Shown here in pieces: positions 43,839 through 54,674 of a stretch of 64,000 nucleotides of DNA. Source of the stretch: an uncultured Spirochaetota bacterium (GTDB taxonomy: Bacteria; Spirochaetota; Brevinematia; Brevinematales; JAOACQ01); contig CAWCLF010000001.1 of assembly GCA_963796325.1 (NCBI GenBank), forward strand, positions 2,523,242 through 2,587,241, read 5' to 3'. Positions within the stretch are counted from its first letter, which is position 1. Each line of letters begins with the position of its first letter. The translations under genes were made by a program, and so were the position numbers. The notes under the pieces are model-generated. The model saw nothing but the letters and a program-made list of their open reading frames with translations. It made no database searches and had not been told where the DNA came from.

Positions 43839-45217
43839 ATGGATTACAGGATCGAAAGCGATACGATGGGCGAGATCAGGGTGGACAACCGAAAACTCTG
43901 GGGCGCGCAGACGCAGAGATCGCTTGAAAACTTCAGCCCCGGGCGTGAACTGATGCCCCTTGAAGTAATTAAAGCCCTTACAATGATAAAAAAGGCCTGC
44001 GCCGTTTCAAATAATAAACTGGGCATCCTCCCTTCCGGCAAAATGGAATTCATATCAATTGCATGCGATGAAATACTGAAGGGCGGTCTTGACGGCCATT
44101 TCCCCCTTTCGGTCTGGCAGACAGGCAGCGGAACGCAGACGAATATGAACGTCAACGAGGTGATATCGAATTATGCAATAATGAAAATGGGGGGAAGCCG
44201 GGGTCGAAGGTCCCGGTTCATCCCAACGACGACGTTAATAAATCCCAGTCGTCCAACGATATTTTCCCGGCCGCCATGCAGGTTTCCGCAGTGCTTGAGG
44301 TCAATAACAAACTCCTTCCCGCAGCGTCGGCTCTGCTCGATACGCTGAATGCTAAAGCATCCCTTTTCATGAATGTAATAAAATGCGGGCGGACCCATCT
44401 CCAGGACGCCGTACCCGTCACCCTCGGACAGGAATTTTCCGGATATGCCGAGCAGGTGCGCGCATCGATAGGCAGGATCAAGGGCGCCCTTCCCGAAGTA
44501 TCATTCCTGCCCGTAGGCGGATCGGCCGTGGGAACCGGCATAAATGTTCCGGAAGGATTCGACAGTCTCGTCTGCGGGCTTGTTTCGGATTATACGGGCC
44601 TTCCGTTCAGGCCGGCTCAAAATAAATTCGCATACATGGCAGCCCATGACGGCCTTGTGAATCTTTCGGGAACGCTCGTCACATTTGCAGCGGCCCTTAT
44701 GAAAATCGCCAACGATATAAGATGGCTTGCATCGGGGCCAAGGTGCGGGATCGGCGAACTTGTCCTTCCCGAGAACGAACCCGGCAGTTCGATCATGCCC
44801 GGCAAGGTCAACCCGACCCAATGCGAGGCATTAACCATGGTCTGCGTCCAGGTGATCGGGAACCACACTGCGGTAAGCATAGCCGGATCATCCGGCAATT
44901 TCGAACTTAACGTCTTCAAGCCGGTAATAATCTATAACCTCCTGCAGTCGATAGATATTCTTGCCGGCGCCATAGCCGGGTTCGACGGCAAGTGCCTCAG
45001 AGGAATTAAAACCAATGATAAAAAAATCAGGGAATACCTTGATAAGAATATCATGACAGTTACGGCGCTCAATCCGTATATAGGTTATGACAATGCGGCT
45101 AAAATAGCGAAACTTGCCCTTGATAAGGACCTGACTCTGAAGGAGGCGGCCCTGTCGCTCGGCCTTCTCACCGGGGAGGAATTCGACAGATACGTCAAAC
45201 CTGAAAATATGGTTTAA
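43839..45217 (+). pseudogene. fumC: Class II fumarate hydratase interrupted by a 1-nt frameshift
   Basis: [32 protein letters not shown]...[19 protein letters not shown] lies in frame 1. After the G6/AA run at 44190-44197 the fumarase sequence continues in another frame: [25 protein letters not shown]...[16 protein letters not shown] (signature GSSxMPxKxN). Confidence 0.85.
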
Positions 45218-45241
45218 TGCCCGCAGGCCGCCGGCCGGTTC

Positions 45242-46297
45242 TCAGCATAAAATTTCCGGAGATATGTCGTTCAATGTCCTGCACCCTGTCATTTTCATAG
45301 CCAGGGACAATCCGCCGCCTAACGTTTCCATCTGAATGCGGACGCCCTCCTCACCCCCTCCCACGGCGGCCCTGACAATATCGCGTCCTACCAGGACGCC
45401 GTCGGCGCCCAGGGCGAGCATTTTAAGGACGTCGTATCCGTTCCTCACACCTCCGTCGGCAATGACCGGACGCGAATGCCCGGTCTCCCTGACGATACCG
45501 GGAAGGACATCTGCAGTGCCGGGTGTGTGGTCCAGCACCCGCCCGCCATGGTTCGATACTACGATTCCGGCCGCTCCGGCTTCCAGTACGGCGGCGGCAT
45601 CCGCCGGGCTCATAATTCCTTTGAATATGACGGGAAGGGTTGTAGCTTTCACAAGCTCCCTGAGTTCGGCCGGCGTTTTTCTGAACACCGGCTGCCTGTG
45701 CTTATTCATGGCATATGAGCCGCAGCCGTCAATGTCAACCCCGACTGCCGTGCAGCCCGCCTTTTCAGCCAGCCTGAAGAAGGATATTATTACGGACTGT
45801 TCGCGGGGTTTAATGATCTGAACGCCCCTGCCGGACGCCCCGGCGATCGCCTGAATTCCCCAGGCATCTTCAAGCGAATAATTGAAGGAATCTCCGCGCC
45901 AGCCTATCGTACCCGCTTTTGCGCAGCCCTCTACCACGGCCCGGCAGAAATCGGGTTCCGTAATCACCGCATCGCCGCCGAAACTGTTGACTCCGCTTAC
46001 GCTGGCGCCCATTACGGGCATTGAAAGGTCAAGGCCCAAAAACCTGAATCTTGTGTCCGGCGTAAAGTCGGCGCCGGTAAGAACTGTTAAGAGCCTTAGC
46101 TTTTTCAGGGCTTCTGCATTATTAGCGAACGAAGCTCCCGACCCCGCTCCTCCCATGCCTATCGGAGAACCGTAACTATGCCCCTGGCACAGGCGCGGTT
46201 CGGCGCCGTCGCAGCTGCGGTAAACTCCGCATATCCCCTTGAGTTTTGTCCTGGCGTTATCACGCACCTCTTCCAGGGTTAATTCAGGTTTTTCCAT
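45242..46297 (-). CDS. FMN-dependent alpha-hydroxy-acid oxidase/dehydrogenase family protein
   Basis: 351 aa TIM-barrel flavoenzyme pattern (PVIFKGI, VSNHGGRVLD, ADGGVRNGYDVLKMLALGADGVLVGR) with a Cys-containing N-terminal extension. Confidence 0.8.
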   Translation of the reverse strand: MEKPELTLEEVRDNARTKLKGICGVYRSCDGAEPRLCQGHSYGSPIGMGGAGSGASFANNAEALKKLRLLTVLTGADFTPDTRFRFLGLDLSMPVMGASVSGVNSFGGDAVITEPDFCRAVVEGCAKAGTIGWRGDSFNYSLEDAWGIQAIAGASGRGVQIIKPREQSVIISFFRLAEKAGCTAVGVDIDGCGSYAMNKHRQPVFRKTPAELRELVKATTLPVIFKGIMSPADAAAVLEAGAAGIVVSNHGGRVLDHTPGTADVLPGIVRETGHSRPVIADGGVRNGYDVLKMLALGADGVLVGRDIVRAAVGGGEEGVRIQMETLGGGLSLAMKMTGCRTLNDISPEILC

Positions 46298-46316
46298 AAA
46301 ACCTCCCTTACAGGGC

Positions 46317-48038
46317 TTATATTTTGCCGATAAATTCGAAATTCGTAATAAGCACTTCTGGATATTCCCCGTCTTTTATTATATCCCCTTTAGGGTCAAT
46401 CGATATGATCAGGTCGTTCGCCTGCAGGAGCGTTCCGTCATAACCGATATTTTTAAGCTTTGAAACTGTCCTTTCGATAAGCCTGCCCATTTCCTCTTTC
46501 CCGATCAATCCGTTGTGGAGGGCTTTTAACAGGTCGAGCGGCCTGCGGAGCTGGCCCCTCTGTTCAGCGACCCATTTGTCCGGTCCGTTATAATAGCCCC
46601 TGATGGTGATGTAATTATGATTTTCACTTAAGACAGGCTGCCCGTCCGGACACCTGACGCCCCTGTGGGATTCGAACCTGCGCAGGTCTTCGGAAGTTTC
46701 CTGCTTGACGCTGCCGGTCATGTAAATAGCCCTGGTATAAACCGCAGGGACGCCGTTGGCGGTTAAACGGTCGGCTATTGAAAACTCTTCGAAGGGGCTG
46801 TTGAAGCCAAGCTCGATCATCCTGGCCGCCCTTTCGTCGCCGGCATTGGTCCTGGGCAGTTCTCCCACTCTCGAAGCCTTCCACACTATGTGGACATTGT
46901 CCTTTGAAACCGTGTAAAAAATATCGTTATTGCCAGATAACTTCCAGTTATGGGTAGTCCTCCAGCGTTCGGGCAGGAAGTAGTCGTACAGGTTCGGGTT
47001 CCTCCCGACCACCCATAGCATCCCTCCCGTGCTTTCGACCCTTCCATGAATGTAAGGCACCCCGAATATTTCCATGCTTTCAAGGTATATAGGCATAGGA
47101 GCGGCGGTGAACCTTTCCAGGAGGTCGTCAAGATACGAATGCCTGCGGAAATTTTTAACATATTCGTCATAAGCCGGGGTCCTTATCAGCAATTCGTAAT
47201 CGACCACCGAATAATCGCCTTTTTCCACCAATTCCTGGAGGAAAACGCTCTTTTCCTCAACCGGCCTTTTATTATCCGGCCCGTCGAGCCTGCCGATATT
47301 CTCCTCGCCGATAATGATATGCGAAGGCTTCATATCGGCGACGGCATATCCTTTCATTTCAAGGTCGGAGATGACCTTGGATGTAATTCTTTCAAGCCCC
47401 ACGGTCATGACGGGCGGCGCCGCACCTATCAGGTTATAGGCTTCAACAGCGTTTTTTCCCCTTATCCAGCCGTATATCAGTTTATACTGCCTGAATATAT
47501 CGATCTCGATCCCGGGATGCTTATTTATAATGCTGTTGACCTTGTAGACGGACCTCCCGCTCTGCCAGAGCTGCATCTTTTCAGGGGGGACATAAATGGC
47601 AAGGGGATACTGGGTGCTGATATTAATCTCGCCCGGACCGTACTCTCCGTCCCTCAATTCCATTACCATGGCGAATTCTTCCCAGGGGCTGTTGAATTCG
47701 GCGTTTATAAACTGCATCAGCGTATGCGTATCGAGGGGGACGTCCTCGCCGACGCGTGAATTCCTTACCACAAGCTCCAGGCTCCTGCCGTTGACTTCCC
47801 TTGTAATTATTTTATATATGGAGCTTGTCCCTTCGAGTTTTTCCCTGTGAGCTTCGAACCACTCCCTTTCATACCAGTTCCCGGTTTCAAGAAGATCGGA
47901 AAACTGGAGGCCGTACTGCGTGAGGTAAATGTCCCCGCCGTCCCCCGTTTTATGATGCGTGTAAACAACTCCCAGGATCTGTATCAATTGGTCGGGTTCC
48001 GAAACGAGGGGCGTCATGACGCTTGTTTCAAATTCCAT
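46317..48038 (-). CDS. Unknown 573-aa protein built from two tandem kinase-fold-like halves
   Basis: The halves align to each other: LELVVRNSRVGE...FNSPWEEFAMVMELRDG...GYAVADMKPSHIII versus VHIVWKASRVGE...FNSPFEEFSIADRLTANG...GYDGTLLQANDLII. It lies 19 nt upstream of the FMN oxidase gene. Confidence 0.6.
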   Translation of the reverse strand: MEFETSVMTPLVSEPDQLIQILGVVYTHHKTGDGGDIYLTQYGLQFSDLLETGNWYEREWFEAHREKLEGTSSIYKIITREVNGRSLELVVRNSRVGEDVPLDTHTLMQFINAEFNSPWEEFAMVMELRDGEYGPGEINISTQYPLAIYVPPEKMQLWQSGRSVYKVNSIINKHPGIEIDIFRQYKLIYGWIRGKNAVEAYNLIGAAPPVMTVGLERITSKVISDLEMKGYAVADMKPSHIIIGEENIGRLDGPDNKRPVEEKSVFLQELVEKGDYSVVDYELLIRTPAYDEYVKNFRRHSYLDDLLERFTAAPMPIYLESMEIFGVPYIHGRVESTGGMLWVVGRNPNLYDYFLPERWRTTHNWKLSGNNDIFYTVSKDNVHIVWKASRVGELPRTNAGDERAARMIELGFNSPFEEFSIADRLTANGVPAVYTRAIYMTGSVKQETSEDLRRFESHRGVRCPDGQPVLSENHNYITIRGYYNGPDKWVAEQRGQLRRPLDLLKALHNGLIGKEEMGRLIERTVSKLKNIGYDGTLLQANDLIISIDPKGDIIKDGEYPEVLITNFEFIGKI

Positions 48039-48234
48039 AATTAATTCCTTAAAGAATCGCTCAAACCGGTTTATTATATTATAAGGGCGGTTTCAAAAAC
48101 AAGCATTTTATATTGTTATATATGCAACAAAGCTAATGATTCACCCGTCTTGATGATTGACACATGATTTCTTGAAAAATATTGAGAAATAAGATATATT
48201 TCTATCGAATACAAAAATTAAGGAGGAGAAAATA

Positions 48235-48705
48235 ATGAATAAAATTTTGCTGACGGCATCCATTTTTATTATAGCGGCGGTCCTATCAAGCTGCAACACT
48301 TCTCCGTCCGGGAGTAACTCCAGCAGCAGCAGCGCCGCGCCTTCCAACTACGCCCAGGCCACGATCAACAGCACCAATTTCAGCAATTCGGGTTTTGAAA
48401 TTAACGCCCCTGTAGGTTCCACAAATATCATCACGATTGCGAATTCCTACGCCGACGTTGCGGCAAACACAAATCACTGGCTGATCGTAATTCACCCAAA
48501 CGTTACAGGCACAGGCTATTCTACCGATATTGTCATAACTTACTTTTTAACGTCTTCCGTCTGGTTTTCAATTGCCGGTGCGACGCTTACTTCGTACGCC
48601 TCGTCGGCCGGCCAGCATTTTACAGGGACTTTCAGCGGCACCGGGATGGACTTCAACAGTCATGCCTGCACTTTCACAAGCGGCACATTCGATGCGGTCA
48701 GGTAG
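48235..48705 (+). CDS. Lipoprotein of unknown function
   Basis: 156 aa, lipobox AAVLSSC, Ser-rich linker, RBS AAGGAGGAG. Confidence 0.55.
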   Translation: MNKILLTASIFIIAAVLSSCNTSPSGSNSSSSSAAPSNYAQATINSTNFSNSGFEINAPVGSTNIITIANSYADVAANTNHWLIVIHPNVTGTGYSTDIVITYFLTSSVWFSIAGATLTSYASSAGQHFTGTFSGTGMDFNSHACTFTSGTFDAVR

Positions 48706-49564
48706 CCGCCCGGATGCTGCCGAAAGCATCTCCGGCATTGTACGAACTCCTGACAAAAGGGCCCGACGAGACCGATTTAAAGCCCATTCTTAAGGCTTCG
48801 ATCCTGTATTTTTCGAAAATATCCGGACGGATATATTCGACTACCCTGTGATGATCTTTCGAAGGTGCAAGGTACTGCCCGATCGTCAGCATTTCGCAGC
48901 CCGCGCCGCGCAGGTCCTCCATGACGCCGGCTACCTCGCTGAAGCTTTCGCCGAGCCCCGCCATTATGCCCGATTTTGAATAAATCCTTTTGTCCAGCCT
49001 TTTAATGTTCCTGATAAGTTCGACCGACCGGCCGTAATCGGCCGACGGCCTTACTTCGGGGTAAAGCCTTGGAACGGTTTCCACATTGTGATTTATGATC
49101 ATGGGCCCGGCATCGGCAACGCATTTCAGCGAATCGATACTCCCTTTGAAATCCGGCACAAGAACTTCTATAACCGTATTCCTGCCCGTATCCCTTATGC
49201 ATTTAATCACCCCGGCAAACTGCCCCGCTCCGCCGTCCGGCAGATCGTCCCTTGTAACCGAAGTTATCACGGCATGCGACAGTTCAAGCTCGCTTACGGC
49301 GGCTGCGATCCTTGCAGGTTCGCCCTTATCGACCGGCGACGGCTCTCCCTTCGCTACCCCGCAGAAAGTGCAGTCCCTCGTACAGACCTGGCCGAGGATC
49401 ATAAAGGCCGCCGTTTTTGAAGAGAAGCATTCCATGAGATTGGGACAGAGCGCTTCGGAGCAGACGGTATGGAGCGACAGGCGCCCGAGCACCTCTTCCA
49501 CTTCACTTTTTTCTTTTGAATTGCGGATCCTTATCTTCAGCCAGTCCGGTTTTGTAATATTCAT
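48698..49564 (-). CDS. lipA: Lipoyl synthase
   Basis: Radical-SAM CTRDCTFC plus the auxiliary-cluster region [12 protein letters not shown] and a C-terminal RSSY motif. Confidence 0.95.
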   Translation of the reverse strand: MNITKPDWLKIRIRNSKEKSEVEEVLGRLSLHTVCSEALCPNLMECFSSKTAAFMILGQVCTRDCTFCGVAKGEPSPVDKGEPARIAAAVSELELSHAVITSVTRDDLPDGGAGQFAGVIKCIRDTGRNTVIEVLVPDFKGSIDSLKCVADAGPMIINHNVETVPRLYPEVRPSADYGRSVELIRNIKRLDKRIYSKSGIMAGLGESFSEVAGVMEDLRGAGCEMLTIGQYLAPSKDHHRVVEYIRPDIFEKYRIEALRMGFKSVSSGPFVRSSYNAGDAFGSIRAAT

Positions 49565-50253
49565 TTTGAAGCCGCCCCGGGAGACGTCAGCTCTTCCCTT
49601 GTTGTCAATTCTATTTCCATGCCGAAAACCTCTTTCATTTCTTCTATCACCATATCCGTTACGGCGCCGAAATCCTGCCTGCGCCCTGTGATCTTCTCAA
49701 GAGAAGTAACCCCCCTGTCGGTTATTCCGCAGGGGTTTATCCACCTGTAATGATCCAGATCGGTATTTATATTGAAAGCGAATCCATGCATGGTGATCCA
49801 GCGGCTGACCGCGATGCCGATGGCTGTGATCTTATCCCTGCCGACCCATACGCCTGTATATATCCCGTCCTCGCTGCGGCTTTCAATGCCGTAATATTTT
49901 TTTAAAAGCCTGATGAATATATCCTGGATATTGCGGACAAAGACCCTGAGGTCCCTGCCATGCTCTTTCAGGTCGAATATCAGGTAACCTGTAAGCTGGC
50001 CCGGCCCATGGTAGGTGACGTCGCCCCCTCTTGTCACTTCGTAAATATCCACATGCTCCTTTTCGAGGATGTCCCTCCCTGCCAGTATGTTCGAATACCT
50101 GCCCCGCCTGCCGAGCGTGATAACGCTGTTATGCTCCTGGAGTATGACAGTGTCGGGAATTCTGCCCTCCAGCCTTAATCCCTGCAGTTTTTCCTGGATC
50201 GAAAGGGCCTCGCCGTAATCGATCCGGCCTATCTGAGCGATCCTCATTTTCAT
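49561..50253 (-). CDS. lipB: Octanoyltransferase
   Basis: 230 aa: [20 protein letters not shown] (catalytic Lys region), PCG. 4-nt overlap with lipA. Confidence 0.9.
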   Translation of the reverse strand: MKMRIAQIGRIDYGEALSIQEKLQGLRLEGRIPDTVILQEHNSVITLGRRGRYSNILAGRDILEKEHVDIYEVTRGGDVTYHGPGQLTGYLIFDLKEHGRDLRVFVRNIQDIFIRLLKKYYGIESRSEDGIYTGVWVGRDKITAIGIAVSRWITMHGFAFNINTDLDHYRWINPCGITDRGVTSLEKITGRRQDFGAVTDMVIEEMKEVFGMEIELTTREELTSPGAASK

Positions 50254-50415
50254 CGAGAACTCCTGCCGTTTATCATACTCCGCCCCGGTAAAAATGGCAA
50301 TAAGACGAAGATTTACCGGCGCCCGGCAAGTTATAGACTTGACTTAGCCTTCGACTTTTCATATTATTAATCCGGTTTTGAAGATTGAGTCATGATCGAT
50401 TAAAAGGTATGGAAA

Positions 50416-53157
50416 ATGAAAACCGAAAAAATATTCCCGCATGTGCCGGATAATCTTTCCGGCTGGATCCATATGCTCGGGGACCTCCTGGGCCGGGTAA
50501 TTACGGAACTGGAGTCCCGGGAAATCTTCGATACTGAAGAGCTTATCAGGTCTTCCTCCAAAAAACGCAGGTCCGGCGACGCTTCAGCCCGCGGGACTCT
50601 TCTAAACCTCGTATCCGCGCTAACGCCTCGGAAAGCCCGCGCAATTGCGAGCGCTTTCACGGTTTATTTCGATCTGGTAAATCTTGCAGAAGATAACGAT
50701 CATGTCAGGAATATGCTTGATCAGGAAAAGGAAAGTTTTCCGGGCCCGGCGCCGGGATCGATAGCCGAGGCCGTTGAAACTATGAAAATTAACGGCGTAT
50801 CGAAACAAAAATTCGGGGATCTTCTGGAAAACCTTTCGATTGAACTGGTGCTCACGGCGCATCCTACTGAAGCCAAGCGCAGGACGATACTTTCGAAACT
50901 CAACCGGATTTCCGAAATCCTTGGAGACCTTTCCCGGCCGGGACTGCCGCCTGCCCTGATCGAAGAAAAAACCGAAAGCCTGCATGCCCTGATCATGGAG
51001 TTGTGGCTGACCGACCGTTCGCGTACAACGCGCCCCGGTGTGACGGACGAGGTCCGCACGGGACTTTTTTTTATCGACGAAATATTCTGGCCGCTGCTGC
51101 CGAAGATATACGATTCCCTGGACAGGGCCCTGGATACTTACTACCCGGGCCTCAAGTCTCGGCCTTCATGGCTTTCACTGGCATCATGGATCGGCGGCGA
51201 CCGCGACGGCAATCCCAATGTCACTGCAGAAGTCACGGCTGAAACCCTGCGCCTTCACCGGGGCCTGGCAGTGGAGAAGCACCGGACCGCTTTACGGGAC
51301 CTTTCGCGCAGTCTCAGTATAAGCATTGACCGCCTCCCGCCCCCCCGTGCACTGACGGAATGGATTGACAGGAGGAGGCCGTTTCCGCCGCATGTCTCAT
51401 ATATAGAACAAAGGTATAAAACCGAACCTTACCGGCTGGCGCTCTCGCTGTGTTCCGCCGACCTTGCCCGGGCCTCGGAGGACGATATGAAGGCTAAACT
51501 CCTCTCCGATGAGCATTATACCGCGCTCATCAGGCAGGACGACGTTGAATCGCTCCTCCGGACCATTGTCGAAAACCTGCCCGCCCCTATCGCCGGGGCT
51601 GATGCGCACAGGGTTCTCCGCCAGGTGCAGATTTTCGGGCTGCACTCGGCCCGCCTTCACTTGCGCGAAGACTCGTCCGGGATCAGGTCCGCCCTGGCCG
51701 AGGTCCTCCGGGGTCTTGGTATTGAAATTAATTTTGAAAAAATGAATGATAAAGAACGCTCAGGTCTTATCACAAATCTTCTCGGCAAAAAGCCTCCCCC
51801 TCTTTCACGCCATCCGGGTTTGACCGGGGGAACCGCCGAAACAATGTCGGTTTTTCAATTAGCCTCCAGGGCGCGTTCTATATACGGGAAGAACCTGATC
51901 GGCCCCTTCATAATTTCTATGACAAAAAGTCCTTCGGATATTCTCAGCGCTCTGTTAATCGCAAGGTGGATGGGCTGCGAAGAATGTTTATCGATAATTC
52001 CCCTGATCGAAACGATAGAAAGCCTTGAAAGGGCCGGGGAAATCATGCGCGAACTCTTTTCCAATCCTGAATACAGGGAACATCTTGAAATAAAACATAA
52101 CCGGCAGACAGTGATGATCGGCTACTCCGATACCAATAAGGACGGAGGATATCTATCGGCAAACTGGGCGCTTTACAGGGCGCAGGAAGAAATTGTGAAG
52201 GCCGCAGAAGACAACGGCGTCACCCTGACGATCTTTCATGGCCGCGGAGGAACCGCGGCGCGCGGAGGAGGGCCTTCAAGCCAGGCTATACGCAGCCAGC
52301 CCCCCGGCAGCGTTAACGGGAGATTGCGCCTGACCGAACAGGGAGAGGTTATATCCTCGAGGTATTCGAACCCGGTTCTCGCCCGGCGCCATATCGAAGA
52401 GATCGTAAACTCCGTACTTCTCTCCTCTTTCAGCAAGACAACCGCTTTCAAACCGGTTCCGGCAAAGTGGCGTGCGGCAATGTCGGATATGTCCCTTAAG
52501 GCTATCGCAGGCTACAGGTCCCTTATTTTCGATACCCCCGGATTCTTTTCCTTCTGGCAGGGAGCAACGCCCATAGACGAGATCAGGCGTCTCCATATAG
52601 GATCGCGCCCGACGGCGCGTAACAGCGGAGAAGAATCGATAAATAACACCCGCGCAATACCATGGGTCTTTTCATGGATGCAGAGCCGTTTTAATCTTCC
52701 GGGCTGGTACGGCCTGGGAACCGGCCTCTTATCATGCCCCGACCGCGGGCTGCAGAAAGAGATGTATAATGTCTGGCCCTTCTTTTCTTCCATTATCCGT
52801 AATACCGGGATGTCGCTTTCCATAGCGGACATGGAAATAGCGCGGATGTATGCAGGCCTTGTTCCCGACATGAAAATTAGAAACGGCATTTATTCGGTTA
52901 TTCTTGAAGAATATAAAAAGACCGAAGAGGGCATTCTCTCAATAACCGGAGAATCCTCGCTTCTTGATAACGAGCCCCGGCTGCAGCGGTCGATAAGGCT
53001 CCGGAATCCTTATGCCGACCCGCTCAATTATCTCCAGGTCGAGCTGCTCCGCCGCCTGAGAACGATTGACCCTGAAGGGCCTGAAGCCTCGGAACTGAGG
53101 GAGGCCGTGGTAATAACCATCAACGGCATCGCTTCAGGATTAAGAAATACCGGGTGA
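50416..53157 (+). CDS. ppc: Phosphoenolpyruvate carboxylase
   Basis: 913 aa: VLTAHPTE, GYSDTNKDGG, FHGRGGTAARGGGP, and a C-terminal ...GLRNTG. Confidence 0.95.
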   Translation: MKTEKIFPHVPDNLSGWIHMLGDLLGRVITELESREIFDTEELIRSSSKKRRSGDASARGTLLNLVSALTPRKARAIASAFTVYFDLVNLAEDNDHVRNMLDQEKESFPGPAPGSIAEAVETMKINGVSKQKFGDLLENLSIELVLTAHPTEAKRRTILSKLNRISEILGDLSRPGLPPALIEEKTESLHALIMELWLTDRSRTTRPGVTDEVRTGLFFIDEIFWPLLPKIYDSLDRALDTYYPGLKSRPSWLSLASWIGGDRDGNPNVTAEVTAETLRLHRGLAVEKHRTALRDLSRSLSISIDRLPPPRALTEWIDRRRPFPPHVSYIEQRYKTEPYRLALSLCSADLARASEDDMKAKLLSDEHYTALIRQDDVESLLRTIVENLPAPIAGADAHRVLRQVQIFGLHSARLHLREDSSGIRSALAEVLRGLGIEINFEKMNDKERSGLITNLLGKKPPPLSRHPGLTGGTAETMSVFQLASRARSIYGKNLIGPFIISMTKSPSDILSALLIARWMGCEECLSIIPLIETIESLERAGEIMRELFSNPEYREHLEIKHNRQTVMIGYSDTNKDGGYLSANWALYRAQEEIVKAAEDNGVTLTIFHGRGGTAARGGGPSSQAIRSQPPGSVNGRLRLTEQGEVISSRYSNPVLARRHIEEIVNSVLLSSFSKTTAFKPVPAKWRAAMSDMSLKAIAGYRSLIFDTPGFFSFWQGATPIDEIRRLHIGSRPTARNSGEESINNTRAIPWVFSWMQSRFNLPGWYGLGTGLLSCPDRGLQKEMYNVWPFFSSIIRNTGMSLSIADMEIARMYAGLVPDMKIRNGIYSVILEEYKKTEEGILSITGESSLLDNEPRLQRSIRLRNPYADPLNYLQVELLRRLRTIDPEGPEASELREAVVITINGIASGLRNTG

Positions 53158-53505
53158 TCCACTCTTTTCAAGGAACTCCCTGAGGACCACGGCATTATTA
53201 TGTTCCTCGTCCTTCGCGCCGTAGACCAGGGTCACATTTCCTTCTTTTACCATGCCAGACAATGTTTCCACTTCCCTCTTTTTTTTCTTCAATTCTTCAA
53301 TGTACCTTTTTTTGAATTCATCCCATCTGGAATCTTCATGACCGAACCACTTGCGCAGTTCCTCGCCAGGAGCGATCTCCTTCATCCAGAGATATATCTC
53401 CGCTTTTACCTTTGTCAAACCCCTGGGCCAGAGCCTGTCGACAAGGATGCGTTTCCCGTCGAGAGATGAAGGCTTTTCATAAACCCTTTTTATTTTAATT
53501 TTCAA
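53140..53505 (-). CDS. DUF488 family protein
   Basis: 121 aa: KRVYE...ILVDRLWPRGL...WMKEIAPS-like pattern of DUF488/YeaO. Its 3' end overlaps the ppc 3' end by 18 nt (convergent). Confidence 0.8.
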   Translation of the reverse strand: MKIKIKRVYEKPSSLDGKRILVDRLWPRGLTKVKAEIYLWMKEIAPGEELRKWFGHEDSRWDEFKKRYIEELKKKKREVETLSGMVKEGNVTLVYGAKDEEHNNAVVLREFLEKSGSPGIS

Positions 53506-53515
53506 AACCCGGCCC

Positions 53516-54673
53516 CTAACCCCTGTTTCCTATCGGAACATATTTCAATTCGGCCGGTCCCCTGTAAAGAGATTCGGGCCTGAATATCCTGTTATCCTTC
53601 CTCTGTTCGAGGATATGCGCCAGCCACCCCGAAGCCCTCGCGGCCGCAAAGATCGGCGTAAACAGATAAGATGGAATGCCCAGAAGCGAATAAACCGTTC
53701 CCGAAAAAAAGTCCACATTGGGATATATGGGTTTCCCCTTTTTATCCATGTAGTCTCTTACTATCTCGTTTATTTTAAGAAGCATCCTGTAATTTTTATC
53801 GTTACGCTTTTTTTCGACCAGTTCTTCAAGAAGTTTTCGCATTACAGCAGCCCTGGGGTCCATAACCTTATACTCGCGATGCCCCATTCCCATGATCTTC
53901 CGCTTTTCGGCAAGGGCCTTATTGATCCAGTTTTCCACATTATCGTAGGTCCCGATCTCTTCAAGCATCGAGAGCACCTCTTCATTGGCCCCTCCATGCA
54001 GCGGCCCCCTTAAAGCCCCTATTGCAGCTGAAATACTGGCATAGCAGGTCGAAATCGTCGACGCCACAACGCGCGCCGTAAAAGTCGATGCATTGAACTC
54101 ATGTTCCGCATGAAGCAGGAAACACCTGTCCATTATTTTTCCCTCGTATTCATCGGGCTTTTCACCCCTCAGCATATAAAGGAAATTAGACCCATGGTCG
54201 AGTGAATCGTCAGGCTTTATATAGTCTTTTCCTTCCTTGAACCTCTGGTAGGTCGCTATTACGGTAGCAAGCTGCGCAACCTGGTGCAGGGTCGTCCTGC
54301 AGTTGCAGAATGCCGAATGTTCGATAATATGCTCTACATACCCCGAAAGATAGGCCATCACCGACTGAAGAAGCTCCATGGGCTTGCCGTTAGGGGGGAA
54401 ACTCCTGATCATATCTATAACGGGCGGGGCCAGGCGCCTTGATTTTCTCATGCTTATTGTAAATTCTTCCAGCTCCGCTTTGGTCGGCAGCTTTTCATAC
54501 AGGAGCAGATATGTCACTTCCTCGAAGGAAGAATAGAGTGCAAGATCTTCGATCGTATAGCCTCTGTAATATAATTTTCCATGAAGACCGTCCAATTTGC
54601 AGATTGTCGTCTCTCCCGCTATAACTCCTTCAAGCCCTTTTGAATAAACGGCATCCGGATTATCGATCGACAT
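53516..54673 (-). CDS. gltA: Citrate synthase
   Basis: 385 aa: LLHAEHEFNASTF, GPLHGGANE, MGMGHREYK, and the DFFSG-type C-terminal motif. Confidence 0.95.
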   Translation of the reverse strand: MSIDNPDAVYSKGLEGVIAGETTICKLDGLHGKLYYRGYTIEDLALYSSFEEVTYLLLYEKLPTKAELEEFTISMRKSRRLAPPVIDMIRSFPPNGKPMELLQSVMAYLSGYVEHIIEHSAFCNCRTTLHQVAQLATVIATYQRFKEGKDYIKPDDSLDHGSNFLYMLRGEKPDEYEGKIMDRCFLLHAEHEFNASTFTARVVASTISTCYASISAAIGALRGPLHGGANEEVLSMLEEIGTYDNVENWINKALAEKRKIMGMGHREYKVMDPRAAVMRKLLEELVEKKRNDKNYRMLLKINEIVRDYMDKKGKPIYPNVDFFSGTVYSLLGIPSYLFTPIFAAARASGWLAHILEQRKDNRIFRPESLYRGPAELKYVPIGNRG

Positions 54674-54674
54674 A

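Noticed and set aside
44185-44200. Programmed ribosomal frameshifting as an explanation for the split fumC, azoR, epimerase and glycoside hydrolase genes.
   Set aside because: None of these families is known to use recoding. The sites lack a slippery heptamer plus a downstream stimulatory structure, and the required shifts are not all in the same direction. Indel error or mutational decay is the simpler explanation.
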